Shown here one piece after another: positions 1 to 8,718 of a DNA stretch of 64,000 bases; the first letter of the stretch is position 1; every line of letters starts with the position of its first letter. Source of the DNA: a virus. The stretch is from the IMG/VR virus record IMGVR_UViG_3300021400_000026, one strand, 5' to 3'. Below the pieces are notes generated by a model that saw nothing but the letters and a program-made list of their open reading frames with translations, searched no databases and had not been told where the DNA came from. The position numbers were made by a program, and so were the translations under genes.

Positions 1-212
1 TTGATGCCGATGGTTGCGCCCAGCGTCCACTGGAGCAGGTCGGGAGTCAGCATGTCCTCGGTGGCCACCTGTGCGCCGCCGTACTTCTCGGGCTCGGCCT
101 GTACCTGAGCGTCGCTGATGGAGCCGCTGACCTTGGGATAGATGCTCACGAGCTTCGTGCCGTCCTCATTGGCAAGCGAGATGCGCGAGCCCTCCAGCGT
201 CTCTTCGGCCAC
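1..212 (-). CDS. partial CDS (5' part, continues past left edge), hypothetical
   Basis: Minus-strand frame is open from GTG 212..210 to the window edge (VAEETLEGSRISLANEDGTKLVSIYPK...). It opens just after an in-frame stop. Codon usage resembles the neighbours. Confidence 0.3.
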   Translation of the reverse strand, partial: MAEETLEGSRISLANEDGTKLVSIYPKVSGSISDAQVQAEPEKYGGAQVATEDMLTPDLLQWTLGATIGI

Positions 213-219
213 GTTTAGA

Positions 220-240
220 GTCCCCCGCCAATCGGGGGAC
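220..240 (-). terminator. GC-rich hairpin downstream of HU-like gene
   Basis: GTCCCCCG-ccaat-CGGGGGAC, an 8-bp perfect stem, 30 nt after the stop at 271. No clear U-run. Confidence 0.4.
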
Positions 241-270
241 GGCTATAATGCAGGGGGAACGTCGAAGGCA

Positions 271-753
271 CTATCCTTCCAGGTCGCCGCCCTGCGTGTT
301 GCCGCCGGTCGAGCCGCCTGTCTGGGTGTTGTCGTCGTCGGTCACGGTGTTCTCGTCGGTCTCTGCCTCGGTAGTCCATGAGAGCTGGGCACCCTTCACG
401 GCTGCTGCGATGTCGTCGCCCGCCTTGTAGTTCACCTTGGGCTTTATGTCGGAGAGCTGGAGGTTGTCGGCATTCTCGTCCCACTTGCCGTTGACGGCGG
501 GGTAGAGTGTTCCGATCACGCCCAGGTCAACGATGTAACCCTCGCGCAGATTCTCGGCGATGCCGTCGATCATCATCTTGCAAGCCAACTCAGCCTCGCG
601 GAAGTCGAGCGTAGTATTTTTGCACGAGGCCTTCAGAATCTCTTCGAACGACTTCTTTCCATTTGCGATGACCTTGCCGTAGAAGCCTGATTTCTTAACT
701 CCTTCAATTTTGCGGACCATGCCGCACTTCTTAATTTTAATTTTGAGTGCCAT
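271..753 (-). CDS. HU-like (Bacteroidales histone-like) DNA-binding protein with acidic/Gly-rich tail
   Basis: 160 aa. The N-terminal ~95 aa fit the HU-like pattern (FYGKVIANG..., EGYIVDLGVIGTLYP). The tail ends GGDLEG, like paralog 36372..36893 (QPDLEG). Confidence 0.6.
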   Translation of the reverse strand: MALKIKIKKCGMVRKIEGVKKSGFYGKVIANGKKSFEEILKASCKNTTLDFREAELACKMMIDGIAENLREGYIVDLGVIGTLYPAVNGKWDENADNLQLSDIKPKVNYKAGDDIAAAVKGAQLSWTTEAETDENTVTDDDNTQTGGSTGGNTQGGDLEG

Positions 754-787
754 GTTAATAACTTTTTTATAGGGTTTATAAATACAT

Positions 788-872
788 CTCTTTTGAGAGT
801 TTGCCGATTCTCTTTTGAGAGTTTGCCGATTCTCTTTTGAGAGTTTCGGAAATGTCTTTTGAGAGTTCCTGC
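788..872. repeat. 4 tandem direct repeats, 22-bp period
   Basis: Core TCTTTTGAGAGTT starts at 789, 811, 833 and 855. The array lies 35-120 nt upstream of the HU-like gene start. Confidence 0.85.
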
Positions 873-908
873 AATACCAGCGGAATGCCGCCTTGGGTTT
901 ACTCTCGG

Positions 909-1619
909 TTATATTCTTCTGTCCTTTGTCACCTTATAGAGGTCGGCGAGCCCGTCGAGATTCATGCCGTTTACTAAGAGTTTCACGGCTTCGGGGGCGT
1001 TCTCGTAGTAGAAGAAGTCGCCGCGCTGCTTGTGTACTCTGAGCATACGCTTACAGGTGGCGGTGAAATTCATCACGGGCTTGCCTGCCGTGATACGGGT
1101 GAGCAATAGGGCTGCTGCCTGTCGGGATGCGGTGATGGTGCGGTCTTGCCCGAAGTGGAGGGTGTGGGCGCAATAGTACACCATGTGGGGCAACAGCCGC
1201 TTGACCAGATAGTCGTTGATGGCCGTGAGGTCGCCCGTCTGATGATAGTCGTAGAGCAACACGGCTTCCTCGGCGGCACTGACGATGATTTCGTCTATCC
1301 TCACGTTGTCATCCTTGCGCTGTTCCATGCGCCACCAGTCGGCCTTGTTGTCCGTAGGCTTAATCTTGCCCGTGCGTACAGCCTTCAGCCATTGCACGCA
1401 GTCCTCGCGGTCTTTCGAGCGGTGGCGGTATCGCTGGCCGCTGATGGTTATCTCGGCACGATAGCAGTCCTTGAACACGCGCTTGCCGTTTCGCCAGCCT
1501 TTCGATGCGGTGTCGTGGTAGATGGTGCCGGTTGTCACGATGTCGCCCTCAGTATTGCCCGTCCATCCGCAATACTCGCGGAGATTGGCCGATTGTGGGG
1601 TCTTGCTGATAGTTACCAT
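909..1619 (-). CDS. hypothetical DNA-binding protein (AP2-like motif)
   Basis: Track ORF 909..1673 trimmed to ATG 1619, which forms an ATGGTAA overlap with the methylase stop. Contains YRAEITISGQRYRHRSKDREDCVQWL. Confidence 0.55.
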   Translation of the reverse strand: MVTISKTPQSANLREYCGWTGNTEGDIVTTGTIYHDTASKGWRNGKRVFKDCYRAEITISGQRYRHRSKDREDCVQWLKAVRTGKIKPTDNKADWWRMEQRKDDNVRIDEIIVSAAEEAVLLYDYHQTGDLTAINDYLVKRLLPHMVYYCAHTLHFGQDRTITASRQAAALLLTRITAGKPVMNFTATCKRMLRVHKQRGDFFYYENAPEAVKLLVNGMNLDGLADLYKVTKDRRI

Positions 1620-2281
1620 AGCGTTGTTTGTTTGATGATGTGACCGTCTTTGGTGACGATTTCGCCCTTGCACTCACGATTGAAACGCTCACAGCCTTTG
1701 TCGAAGTATTCCTTGTCGAGTTCACAACCCACATAGTCGAAGCCCATCTTGTAGGCTGCTATGCGGCTCGACTGACTGCCCATCATGGGGTCGAAGATGC
1801 GGTCGCCCGGCTTGGCATAGTGTTTCAATATCCATGCGTATAACTCCACCGGCTTTTGTGTCGGATGGAACTTATACTCTCCCGTCGTTGGCGACTTGTC
1901 GAACTTCTTGGTCATGCCGTCGAATGAAGTCCATGCCATTTCAAACTGCGAGAAGTCCACACCATCGGAGAATTTCTTGTCCCATAAGAGCCAGCACGAT
2001 GCGTTTTGCCTCGGCAGGCTTTCGATGAAGTGGTTCGCGCCCCAAATGACTACGTTCTCCGATGTACGGAACAACTCGACAAAGAAATCATCGTCGGGCG
2101 ATGCGTTGTCCCACGTCGCTTTCTTGCGTCCGCTATGCTTGTCGCCCTTTCGCCTTCCGATGCTCTCGTTGATGTTTATCCCATACGGCGGGTCGGCAAT
2201 CGCCAACTGAAACGCCTTGTCGGGCTGGGTTCGCATGTACTCCATGCAATCCATGTTATACACATCGTTTGTCATCACCAC
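1613..2281 (-). CDS. DNA methyltransferase, N4/N6 beta-class
   Basis: 222 aa. Has the DPPY motif (IADPPYGIN) and the SAM-binding motif FDPMMGSQSS. Confidence 0.85.
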   Translation of the reverse strand: MVMTNDVYNMDCMEYMRTQPDKAFQLAIADPPYGININESIGRRKGDKHSGRKKATWDNASPDDDFFVELFRTSENVVIWGANHFIESLPRQNASCWLLWDKKFSDGVDFSQFEMAWTSFDGMTKKFDKSPTTGEYKFHPTQKPVELYAWILKHYAKPGDRIFDPMMGSQSSRIAAYKMGFDYVGCELDKEYFDKGCERFNRECKGEIVTKDGHIIKQTTLW

Positions 2282-3237
2282 AATGTTAATTGTACTGGTT
2301 TCTTTTCTTTCACTTGAACAGGGTCGGAAAGAGGTGTTTCAGGCGTGAAGTCTGAAACGCCACTTTCCTGACTCTGTTCCCCACCGCCGATGGGTAGAAC
2401 TTCCGTAGAATTGTTGCGGTCGGTGGGTTGTTCGTTGTCTATTGTCTTGCGGTCGGCACTGCCACGGAGAGCCCAAAGGCGAGTGGCAACAAACCGCATC
2501 GGGTCCATTTCCTTGCGGATGCTCGGCACGTTGGTGGGGAACGGCCACATGCTTTCGTTGACGATGTAACCCAGCCGCACCTTGTCGGGCTCGCAGAGTG
2601 AATCGTGGCAGATAGCCTCGCCAAAGCACCCATGCACGGCCATATTGATAGCCGCCATCTTCACGCAGTTGTAGTCCAAATCCTCGCACGAGATGTAAGG
2701 CCGTCGGGCTTCTGCCTGCTGCGGAGTGTAGCCCCAATCGTGCTGCATCTTGTGCAGTATGGAGCAATAGCCAGCCAACGGCATTCGCCCGCTACCCGCT
2801 GCGCAGTCGGCAATGGTGATGCGATGTCCGAACGGGGTGGGCTGTCCTGTCGGCTCGTCCCATCCCGCTATGTTCACGTCGGCCACACATTGCGCCACGC
2901 TCGGAGGTGTGAAGAACTGACCCTTGCCACCGCCTCCGGCATGTATCGCCATATAGAGGTCGCCAAACGGGTCGTACCACCTTCGCCGTGGTATCTCTTC
3001 CGAGTAGATGCGGAACACCGTCTGCATCATTTCGTGGAATGTCGGTGTGTCCTTGGGCTTGAACTTCCAGCCCTCAATCGGTTCGGGAGTGAGCGACGGG
3101 TTCAGATAGCCGATGATGTAGTCAAGCAATCCCTCAAACACCGCGTCGGGTGTGTAGCCCGTCTGTCCGCACATCTTCATCAGAATCTTGTGCAGCGGCA
3201 TGATCGCCGCGTCGCCCGTCTTGTCTATCTTTGCCAT
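2275..3237 (-). CDS. N6_Mtase-family methyltransferase-like protein
   Basis: 320 aa with FFTPPSV and DCAAGSGRM motifs. I could not find a canonical NPPY/F tetrapeptide. Confidence 0.6.
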   Translation of the reverse strand: MAKIDKTGDAAIMPLHKILMKMCGQTGYTPDAVFEGLLDYIIGYLNPSLTPEPIEGWKFKPKDTPTFHEMMQTVFRIYSEEIPRRRWYDPFGDLYMAIHAGGGGKGQFFTPPSVAQCVADVNIAGWDEPTGQPTPFGHRITIADCAAGSGRMPLAGYCSILHKMQHDWGYTPQQAEARRPYISCEDLDYNCVKMAAINMAVHGCFGEAICHDSLCEPDKVRLGYIVNESMWPFPTNVPSIRKEMDPMRFVATRLWALRGSADRKTIDNEQPTDRNNSTEVLPIGGGEQSQESGVSDFTPETPLSDPVQVKEKKPVQLTLW

Positions 3238-3264
3238 AGTTCTAATTAAGTGAAGAGTGAAGAA

Positions 3265-4089
3265 TTACCACCGCTTGACAAGTTTGCCGATGGGTTCCAT
3301 GCCCCAATGTAGGCGAATCTTGTCACGACGGATGGACTTGTTGCGTGTTGCCTGTGCCTTGGCGACGCGTGCCTTTCGTGCTTCGGGCGTTTCTTCCGAC
3401 ACACGGCGACGGGCATTGTCCTCACGGCTCAGCAGATAGAGGTTGGAGAGGTCGCAGTTCTGACGATTGCCGTCACGAAAGGCGACCACATAACCCTCGG
3501 GCACTTCGCCGTTGGCTTGCTCCCAGACGTAGCGGTGTTTCAGTACGCAACCGCTTTCGACGCGGAGATAGACGTACCCGTCACCATGCACGCACTCGGT
3601 GCCGATGTCTCGCTGATTGTGCGGTCGGTGTCCTGCCTTGAATCGGGTGCGGCTGCTCCGCTTGATGCCCTCTTCGCTCATGAACTCCTCGATGCGCTTG
3701 CCCTTGTTTGCTGGCGACTGGCCTTTGGCAAACTGATTAGCCTTTGCGCCCTCGGTCGATGCTACCAGGTGTCCCCATTGTGCAAGGAACTCGGGGCTTT
3801 TCTTCAGTCCCAACTTCGATGCCGTGCGCCATACGCTGCCGATGGTGTGCCGTACCTTCTTGGCGATGTCCTCTGCCTTCATGTCGGCATAGTGCTTTCG
3901 CAGGTAGGCGAGTTGTCGGTCAGTCCACGGCTCACGCTTATGCACCTTGCGCTGTATGCCGAGTATCTGGGCACGGCTTTTCAGTGCTGCCTTGCTCACT
4001 CCGATGCGCCCGGCCACCCAGTCGAGGTCACGCTTTGGGTAGTGCCTGCGAAGTAGGTTGTCACGTTCTTCGTTCCAAACTCGTTTCAT
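3265..4089 (-). CDS. HNH_3-type endonuclease with two N-terminal Myb/SANT-like HTH repeats
   Basis: Track ORF trimmed to ATG 4089 (ATGA overlap). Contains GYVYLRV...HRYVWEQANGEVPEGYVVAFRDGNRQNCDLSNL. Confidence 0.7.
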   Translation of the reverse strand: MKRVWNEERDNLLRRHYPKRDLDWVAGRIGVSKAALKSRAQILGIQRKVHKREPWTDRQLAYLRKHYADMKAEDIAKKVRHTIGSVWRTASKLGLKKSPEFLAQWGHLVASTEGAKANQFAKGQSPANKGKRIEEFMSEEGIKRSSRTRFKAGHRPHNQRDIGTECVHGDGYVYLRVESGCVLKHRYVWEQANGEVPEGYVVAFRDGNRQNCDLSNLYLLSREDNARRRVSEETPEARKARVAKAQATRNKSIRRDKIRLHWGMEPIGKLVKRW

Positions 4090-4313
4090 GCCTCCTTTGG
4101 TTTTATCTTGATAGTCGTTACCCTCTCGCATATCAGCGAAAAGTTCATCTTGCACATATTCCCGTCGGGGTCGCGCTCGATAATCATCTGCGTTTTCTCT
4201 TCCCAGAAGTATTCGCAATCATTCCGCAAGAATCTGCGAATGTCGGAAAGTATCACGTTCTTCGCTGCATCGGGTATTGCGTTCTTGTCAATCTTGATTA
4301 CACTCTTCGCCAT
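4086..4313 (-). CDS. hypothetical protein
   Basis: Track ORF 4086..4337. The internal start MAKSVIKIDK at 4313 is preferred. Overlaps the neighbouring HNH gene. Confidence 0.45.
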   Translation of the reverse strand: MAKSVIKIDKNAIPDAAKNVILSDIRRFLRNDCEYFWEEKTQMIIERDPDGNMCKMNFSLICERVTTIKIKPKEA

Positions 4314-4818
4314 AGTCGTAACGCTCTTTGAGGTCAATTCCTAATTCTTCAGCTTTCGCCTTCATCATTTCAATGTTCTTCCACGGGTTGCAATGGATTT
4401 CCTTGTGGCATTTGTGGCAAAGCATGACGATGTTCTCTCGCTTGTTTCGCAGTTCGGGGAAACGTGCCCAGGGTAAGGCATGGTGCGCTTCCATATCCTT
4501 GTGGCTCTGAAACTCTGTACCACATATCGGACACTTATGCCCCTGCGCCTCCCATACTGCGTTGCGGTCTTCGTGATACGTCTTCCAACCGCCCGTATAA
4601 GGTCGGGTGTCTCGCTTCTTCAACCGCGCGTTGCTCACTGCGAAGAAAAGTCCAAAAGCGTGCCACCGCTTAATCCATTTCTTCGGTTTCTGCATCGAAA
4701 ACGGCGGGTTGATGATTGTCACCTGCCCGCCGCTATGGTTCACCAACTCGCCAATCACCGCAATGGGTGTGTGGTAGGTCGGCTCTCCCGTTCGTCTGAA
4801 TAATTCGTTTAATGTCAT
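4288..4818 (-). CDS. HNH endonuclease
   Basis: 176 aa with HKCPICG...EAHHALPW...LCHKCHKEIH. Start has the AAGGAACTATG context. Confidence 0.8.
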   Translation of the reverse strand: MTLNELFRRTGEPTYHTPIAVIGELVNHSGGQVTIINPPFSMQKPKKWIKRWHAFGLFFAVSNARLKKRDTRPYTGGWKTYHEDRNAVWEAQGHKCPICGTEFQSHKDMEAHHALPWARFPELRNKRENIVMLCHKCHKEIHCNPWKNIEMMKAKAEELGIDLKERYDYGEECNQD

Positions 4819-4928
4819 AGTTCCTTAATAATTCGTTGTTTTTTGCCCTTAGGCTTACGCCGCTTCCCGTTTGTCGGGAACGCTCAAATGTTCTGTTCGT
4901 CTGTCATTTGTTCTTTGATTTTAATATG

Positions 4929-5175
4929 ATTCGTTGTTTTCTTTGCCCTTAGGCTTCCCCAAGCTCCGTAGGTGTTGGCTTTGCCCACCTCTGTCACGAC
5001 TCGGCCATGTCTGAGCAAGCTCACATGGCTCTCGCTGCTCCATCGGTTCAGTCGAGCGGAGCTCGGAGTCCGCCGCTTCCCGTTTGGCGGGAAGGTTTAG
5101 CTCGACGGCCCGCGCTCGGCATCCCGAAGGGTGACGCTTGCTACCAACGGGACGCAAGAAGGGGAAAGTCAATGC
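4929..5175 (-). ncRNA. candidate structured RNA (family unknown)
   Basis: No credible ORF. Nested complementary segments on the minus strand: TTCCCC/GGGGAA closing pair, GTCGAGC/GCTCGAC, CTTCCCG-ccaaa-CGGGAAG, GCCATGT..ACATGGC, GCTCCG/CGGAGC, and a CCC-UUCG-GGG-type loop. Confidence 0.4.
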
Positions 5176-5245
5176 TCAAATGTTCTGTTCGTCTGTCATA
5201 ATTCGTGTAATTTCGTTAAGTGAAGAGGGAAGAGTGAAGAATTTG

Positions 5246-5827
5246 CTACCAACCTTTGATGTCGTACAACATTTCGAGCGCATTGTCTATTCGGCTAATG
5301 CTACCACCACCTACGGAGCGGTACTTTCTGAAATTACGACGACCAATTCGCAGCAGGTCTCCCACGGTCTTGATGTCGTTGCTCTCGAATATCTTTCCGA
5401 GCCTTACACCATAGCCTGGATCGTAGCCATCATATCCGACGTGGGATAGAATGACGCCTACGGGTGCGCTGTCAACATTATCAGGCCACCATCGGTCGGG
5501 GTCTTCCTTTGGTTCCAACTGCGCAACACGTTCTTTCAGTTCGTCGCGTTCCTGCTCAATCTTCAAGTATTCGTCACGCATCTTGTTGCCCCACTCCCTT
5601 TGTTCGTCGAGCGATTTCATCAGCCGTTGGATTTCCGAACCTTCATCCTTCCACGATGTCGGCTGTGCGTCGTTGGTGTAGATGATACCCTCCACGTCCT
5701 CGATGTGGAAAAACACGCCTTTATCACCATAGACATTCACCACAGCCTTCTCTCTGTCGTGCTCAACCATTGTGACCGCCTTGTCGTTGATGAAGCGGTC
5801 ACCGTTCTTTGTCTTTACGATAATCAT
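5246..5827 (-). CDS. hypothetical protein with RpoA alpha-CTD-like helix-hairpin-helix C-terminus
   Basis: Trimmed to ATG 5827 (catagtt context). The C-terminus IKTVGDLLRIGRRNFRKYRSVGGGSISRIDNALEML resembles the alpha-CTD. Confidence 0.6.
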   Translation of the reverse strand: MIIVKTKNGDRFINDKAVTMVEHDREKAVVNVYGDKGVFFHIEDVEGIIYTNDAQPTSWKDEGSEIQRLMKSLDEQREWGNKMRDEYLKIEQERDELKERVAQLEPKEDPDRWWPDNVDSAPVGVILSHVGYDGYDPGYGVRLGKIFESNDIKTVGDLLRIGRRNFRKYRSVGGGSISRIDNALEMLYDIKGW

Positions 5828-5840
5828 AGTTTCTTGATTT

Positions 5841-6194
5841 TTAATAGTCCTCGTTATGACTGCCGTCCTCGTTGTAACTGTCTTCAAAACCTGAAGCACT
5901 GAATGGTCGGTAGGTCAGTTCCAGTTGTCCGTCGTTGAATGCCTCGGCAAACATGTGGTACTTCCCGCATCCGTTGTATTCGGGGTCTGCCTTGTGCTTG
6001 TCGTATGCCTCGGTCAGAATCTCGCGTGACACGGCGATGATTTCATCCACCGAAGGCGTGTGGCGTTCACCTTCACCTTTCAGTCCGTACCACTTAACGC
6101 CCATCAATACCATGATGGCTTGCACTTTCTCAAAGTCGAAGTCGCAAAGGATGTCATTAACCATTGCGTCTCTTTTCCTGTTGTCTTCGTTCAT
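5841..6194 (-). CDS. hypothetical protein
   Basis: 117-aa track ORF with the conserved AACTATG start context. Confidence 0.65.
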   Translation of the reverse strand: MNEDNRKRDAMVNDILCDFDFEKVQAIMVLMGVKWYGLKGEGERHTPSVDEIIAVSREILTEAYDKHKADPEYNGCGKYHMFAEAFNDGQLELTYRPFSASGFEDSYNEDGSHNEDY

Positions 6195-6288
6195 AGTTGC
6201 TTGAAATTTGTGTCAATTCGTGATAATTCGTGTTAAGAATCAGAAATCGGCGGCAAAAACCGTTGCCTGTCGCCGATTCCGTTAGAGT

Positions 6289-6870
6289 TCACTCAGCCGT
6301 TTCGGTGTCCGGCTCCTCGATGTCGATTTTGAGGTTCGCTTCCTTTGCCTCGATGCGGAGCCGCTGCGTCAGCACGTCCAGATAGTCGTGCATCGCCTGG
6401 TGCTGACGCGAGAGCAGCGTGCGCTTGTTCTCCGGCAGGTCCCTGAACGTGTCCGTCATCAGGAAGTCCGTCAGCCGCTCATACCTGCCGCGCAACTCGT
6501 CGTACTCCTCGGCCATGCGCTTCACGCGCTTCTCCTCGTCCGTCAGTTCCTCTTCGGGAGCGTCGCCCGCGTCCCCGTCCTCACCGTGTCCGAGGGTGAT
6601 GGTGCCATTGCCGTCCTTGACGGTCAGCGTCGCCGGCACGCCCTTGGTCAGCTGCTCCAGCAGTCCGATGACCGCCTTGCCCGTCATGTCCGCCAAGCGT
6701 CCCAACTGCCCCACACGATAGAGCGCGTAGGCCATCAGCGCGTCGGAGCTCGCCATCAGCACGTCTGCGATGCCGCCGAGCACGTCGCCCAGACAAAAGT
6801 TAATCACTGCGACCGTGTACATCGCCACGGCCAAAACCGAAAGAAGAATAATCACTGTCTTGTTCTTCAT
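6289..6870 (-). CDS. hypothetical membrane-anchored coiled-coil protein
   Basis: 193 aa with N-terminal hydrophobic helices and a charged helical C-terminus. Confidence 0.65.
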   Translation of the reverse strand: MKNKTVIILLSVLAVAMYTVAVINFCLGDVLGGIADVLMASSDALMAYALYRVGQLGRLADMTGKAVIGLLEQLTKGVPATLTVKDGNGTITLGHGEDGDAGDAPEEELTDEEKRVKRMAEEYDELRGRYERLTDFLMTDTFRDLPENKRTLLSRQHQAMHDYLDVLTQRLRIEAKEANLKIDIEEPDTETAE

Positions 6871-6925
6871 CTTGCTTGTTGTTTTTTTGATTGTTGAAAA
6901 ATAAATGGTTACTTAAAGTTGAGAG

Positions 6926-6981
6926 TTAGTAGGGATTCTCTCAGAAGATACCCTACTAAGTGCGACCCTCTTAGTAGGGTA
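6926..6981. repeat. TTAGTAGGG inverted + direct repeat element
   Basis: TTAGTAGGG-16 nt-CCCTACTAA forms a 9-bp stem. A third copy, cTTAGTAGGGTA, is at 6970. Homologous to 46454..46485 in inverse orientation. Confidence 0.8.
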
Positions 6982-7075
6982 AGTTTCGTCGTCTCGTTTC
7001 CCACGCTTTCAGAGCCTTGTCGCTTGCCGCCTTGCGGTTGCGCTGATACCACAGCCCTTGCTTAATCGTTGCCAT
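6971..7075 (-). CDS. possible 34-aa basic peptide
   Basis: Unlisted short ORF MATIKQGLWYQRNRKAASDKALKAWETRRRNLPY. Its ATG overlaps the end of the upstream gene, and its stop lies inside the TTAGTAGGG motif. Confidence 0.3.
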   Translation of the reverse strand: MATIKQGLWYQRNRKAASDKALKAWETRRRNLPY

Positions 7076-7682
7076 AAGGTTTCGTCATGCATCGGTCACT
7101 TCGATTGCTTCCATACATATCAACAACTACAGCGTACTCTGCTTCGGTGTATGTCTTTACCTTTGTGCCGTCACGCATGACAAGCGTTGCCTCTTCCTCT
7201 TTGTGCCACATGATACGCACAACTTCGTCGAGGTTAATGGTCTGACCTGCCACGTTGAAGAAATGAGTGCGTGCGATGGTGGTCAGCAGGCTTGCTTCTT
7301 TTTGCGCATTCTGTCTGCGCTTACTCCAATAGTCGCTTTCCGATTTGTCGTTAGCATGACAGCCAAGATAATCCTCGCGCTTGAAGTTAAAATCGTCAGT
7401 CGCATCGATGCGGTCGAGTTCTTTGATGAGTGCCATGCAAGTCTTCATCTTCTCGCGTGTCTCGTCATACTTGCGCTGTTGCGCTTCCTTTGCATCAGCT
7501 TCGGTGTTGTAGAACGTCTCGCCCTCATAGACGTGCATCCAATCATCGTCTTCGTCACAGGTGCCGTCCTCGTTGCAATACTGATAGCATACTACTTGCT
7601 TCTTCTCCATGTCGAAGAGAGCAACAATCTGTTTCACGCTCAGGCTGCTTTCCATCAGCCACATTGTTCTTTTCTCAATCAT
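7062..7682 (-). CDS. hypothetical protein
   Basis: 206 aa. Start has the AATCAAGGAACTATG context. Confidence 0.7.
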   Translation of the reverse strand: MIEKRTMWLMESSLSVKQIVALFDMEKKQVVCYQYCNEDGTCDEDDDWMHVYEGETFYNTEADAKEAQQRKYDETREKMKTCMALIKELDRIDATDDFNFKREDYLGCHANDKSESDYWSKRRQNAQKEASLLTTIARTHFFNVAGQTINLDEVVRIMWHKEEEATLVMRDGTKVKTYTEAEYAVVVDMYGSNRSDRCMTKPYGND

Positions 7683-7766
7683 AGTTCCTTGATTTTAATT
7701 TGTGAATAATTCGTTTAATTCGTTTAATTAATCCCGCTGTCGCGGTCTTGACTTTGCTCACGCTCG

Positions 7767-7793
7767 GCAATGCTCAAACACGTTTGGCATTGC
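7767..7793. promoter_or_regulatory. conserved 27-bp near-palindrome
   Basis: GCAATGCTCAAACACGTTTGGCATTGC. The same sequence recurs at 63491..63515. Confidence 0.6.
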
Positions 7794-7821
7794 TCTCGCT
7801 TACTCGCAAAGTTCGTAGTCA

Positions 7822-8190
7822 TTACTTGATTCTCTCTATTTCCTCCGCTGCCGCCTTTGAGATACCCATCATCGGGAAGTGGCGGGCGACGTAGTTCTCA
7901 ATCTGTGCGCCGCGTGACGCTCGCCAGCCGGGGAGCATCGCGATGCCGTCGGCACGGGTCATCAGCAGCAGAAGATCATAACAGAGCACCGCAGCATACG
8001 CCAGCCGCTTGCCCAGCACACACTCCATCGCCCTGTATATCCACGGCCACCGACAGGCCCACACCCTACAGGGGTTGATGCACCAGTACCCGTGCCGCCG
8101 CAAAATCCTCTCCGCCTCCCCGAACCGCCGCACATAGTCAGCCCGCTCCACCCCGGACATCCCGCCCGACAAATAGATTCGCCTTTTCAT
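7822..8190 (-). CDS. DUF4406-like (nucleoside deoxyribosyltransferase-like) protein
   Basis: N-terminus MKRRIYLSGGMSG...INP fits the DUF4406 pattern. Confidence 0.5.
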   Translation of the reverse strand: MKRRIYLSGGMSGVERADYVRRFGEAERILRRHGYWCINPCRVWACRWPWIYRAMECVLGKRLAYAAVLCYDLLLLMTRADGIAMLPGWRASRGAQIENYVARHFPMMGISKAAAEEIERIK

Positions 8191-8193
8191 ACG

Positions 8194-8619
8194 TCAATAA
8201 GGATTATTTTGTTTGCCTTTCTTCATGCGCTCCTTTTCATCCCGGATAGCGTCGTTCAGCGTTGCCTTCAGCTCACGCAGATGCTTGAAGGTCTCGGCAG
8301 GTGTTCGCGGACATCCCCGGACGAATGACCGCAAGTTCGGCGTGTCAAAGCCAAACTCCGAAGCGTCGCAGATGTACTGCTGCCACTCCTCGTACTGCTC
8401 ACGGGTCACGTCAGCCAACACGCAGTAGATGATGTCGTCCATGTTGATGGTGAACATCCCGTCGCCATAGTCGTACACGCCTCCCGTCTCGTCGCCTATC
8501 CAATAGCCGTAGTGAGCATCCAGTTCCCACATGCGCAGCAGCTCCACGAGGAAGCCGTTGCACGCCTGCTCCCATTGCTCTTTCAGTAGTCGCTTAATAG
8601 CGTCTTTTGTCTTTTTCAT
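8194..8619 (-). CDS. hypothetical protein
   Basis: 141-aa track ORF, tightly packed with its neighbours. Confidence 0.7.
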   Translation of the reverse strand: MKKTKDAIKRLLKEQWEQACNGFLVELLRMWELDAHYGYWIGDETGGVYDYGDGMFTINMDDIIYCVLADVTREQYEEWQQYICDASEFGFDTPNLRSFVRGCPRTPAETFKHLRELKATLNDAIRDEKERMKKGKQNNPY

Positions 8620-8718
8620 AATTCGTTAAGTTAAAAATGAAGAGTGAAGAATTAACGAAAAGAGCAACCGCCCGTCGTTGGGTGATTGCTCTTTTCGTGA
8701 TGTGTGATGTGTGATGTC

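Noticed and set aside
4921-5172. 83-aa minus-strand ORF
   Set aside because: Its composition is Arg/Pro/Ser/Glu-rich and not protein-like. The region is packed with nested helices and duplicated leader segments, so it is better explained as structured RNA.
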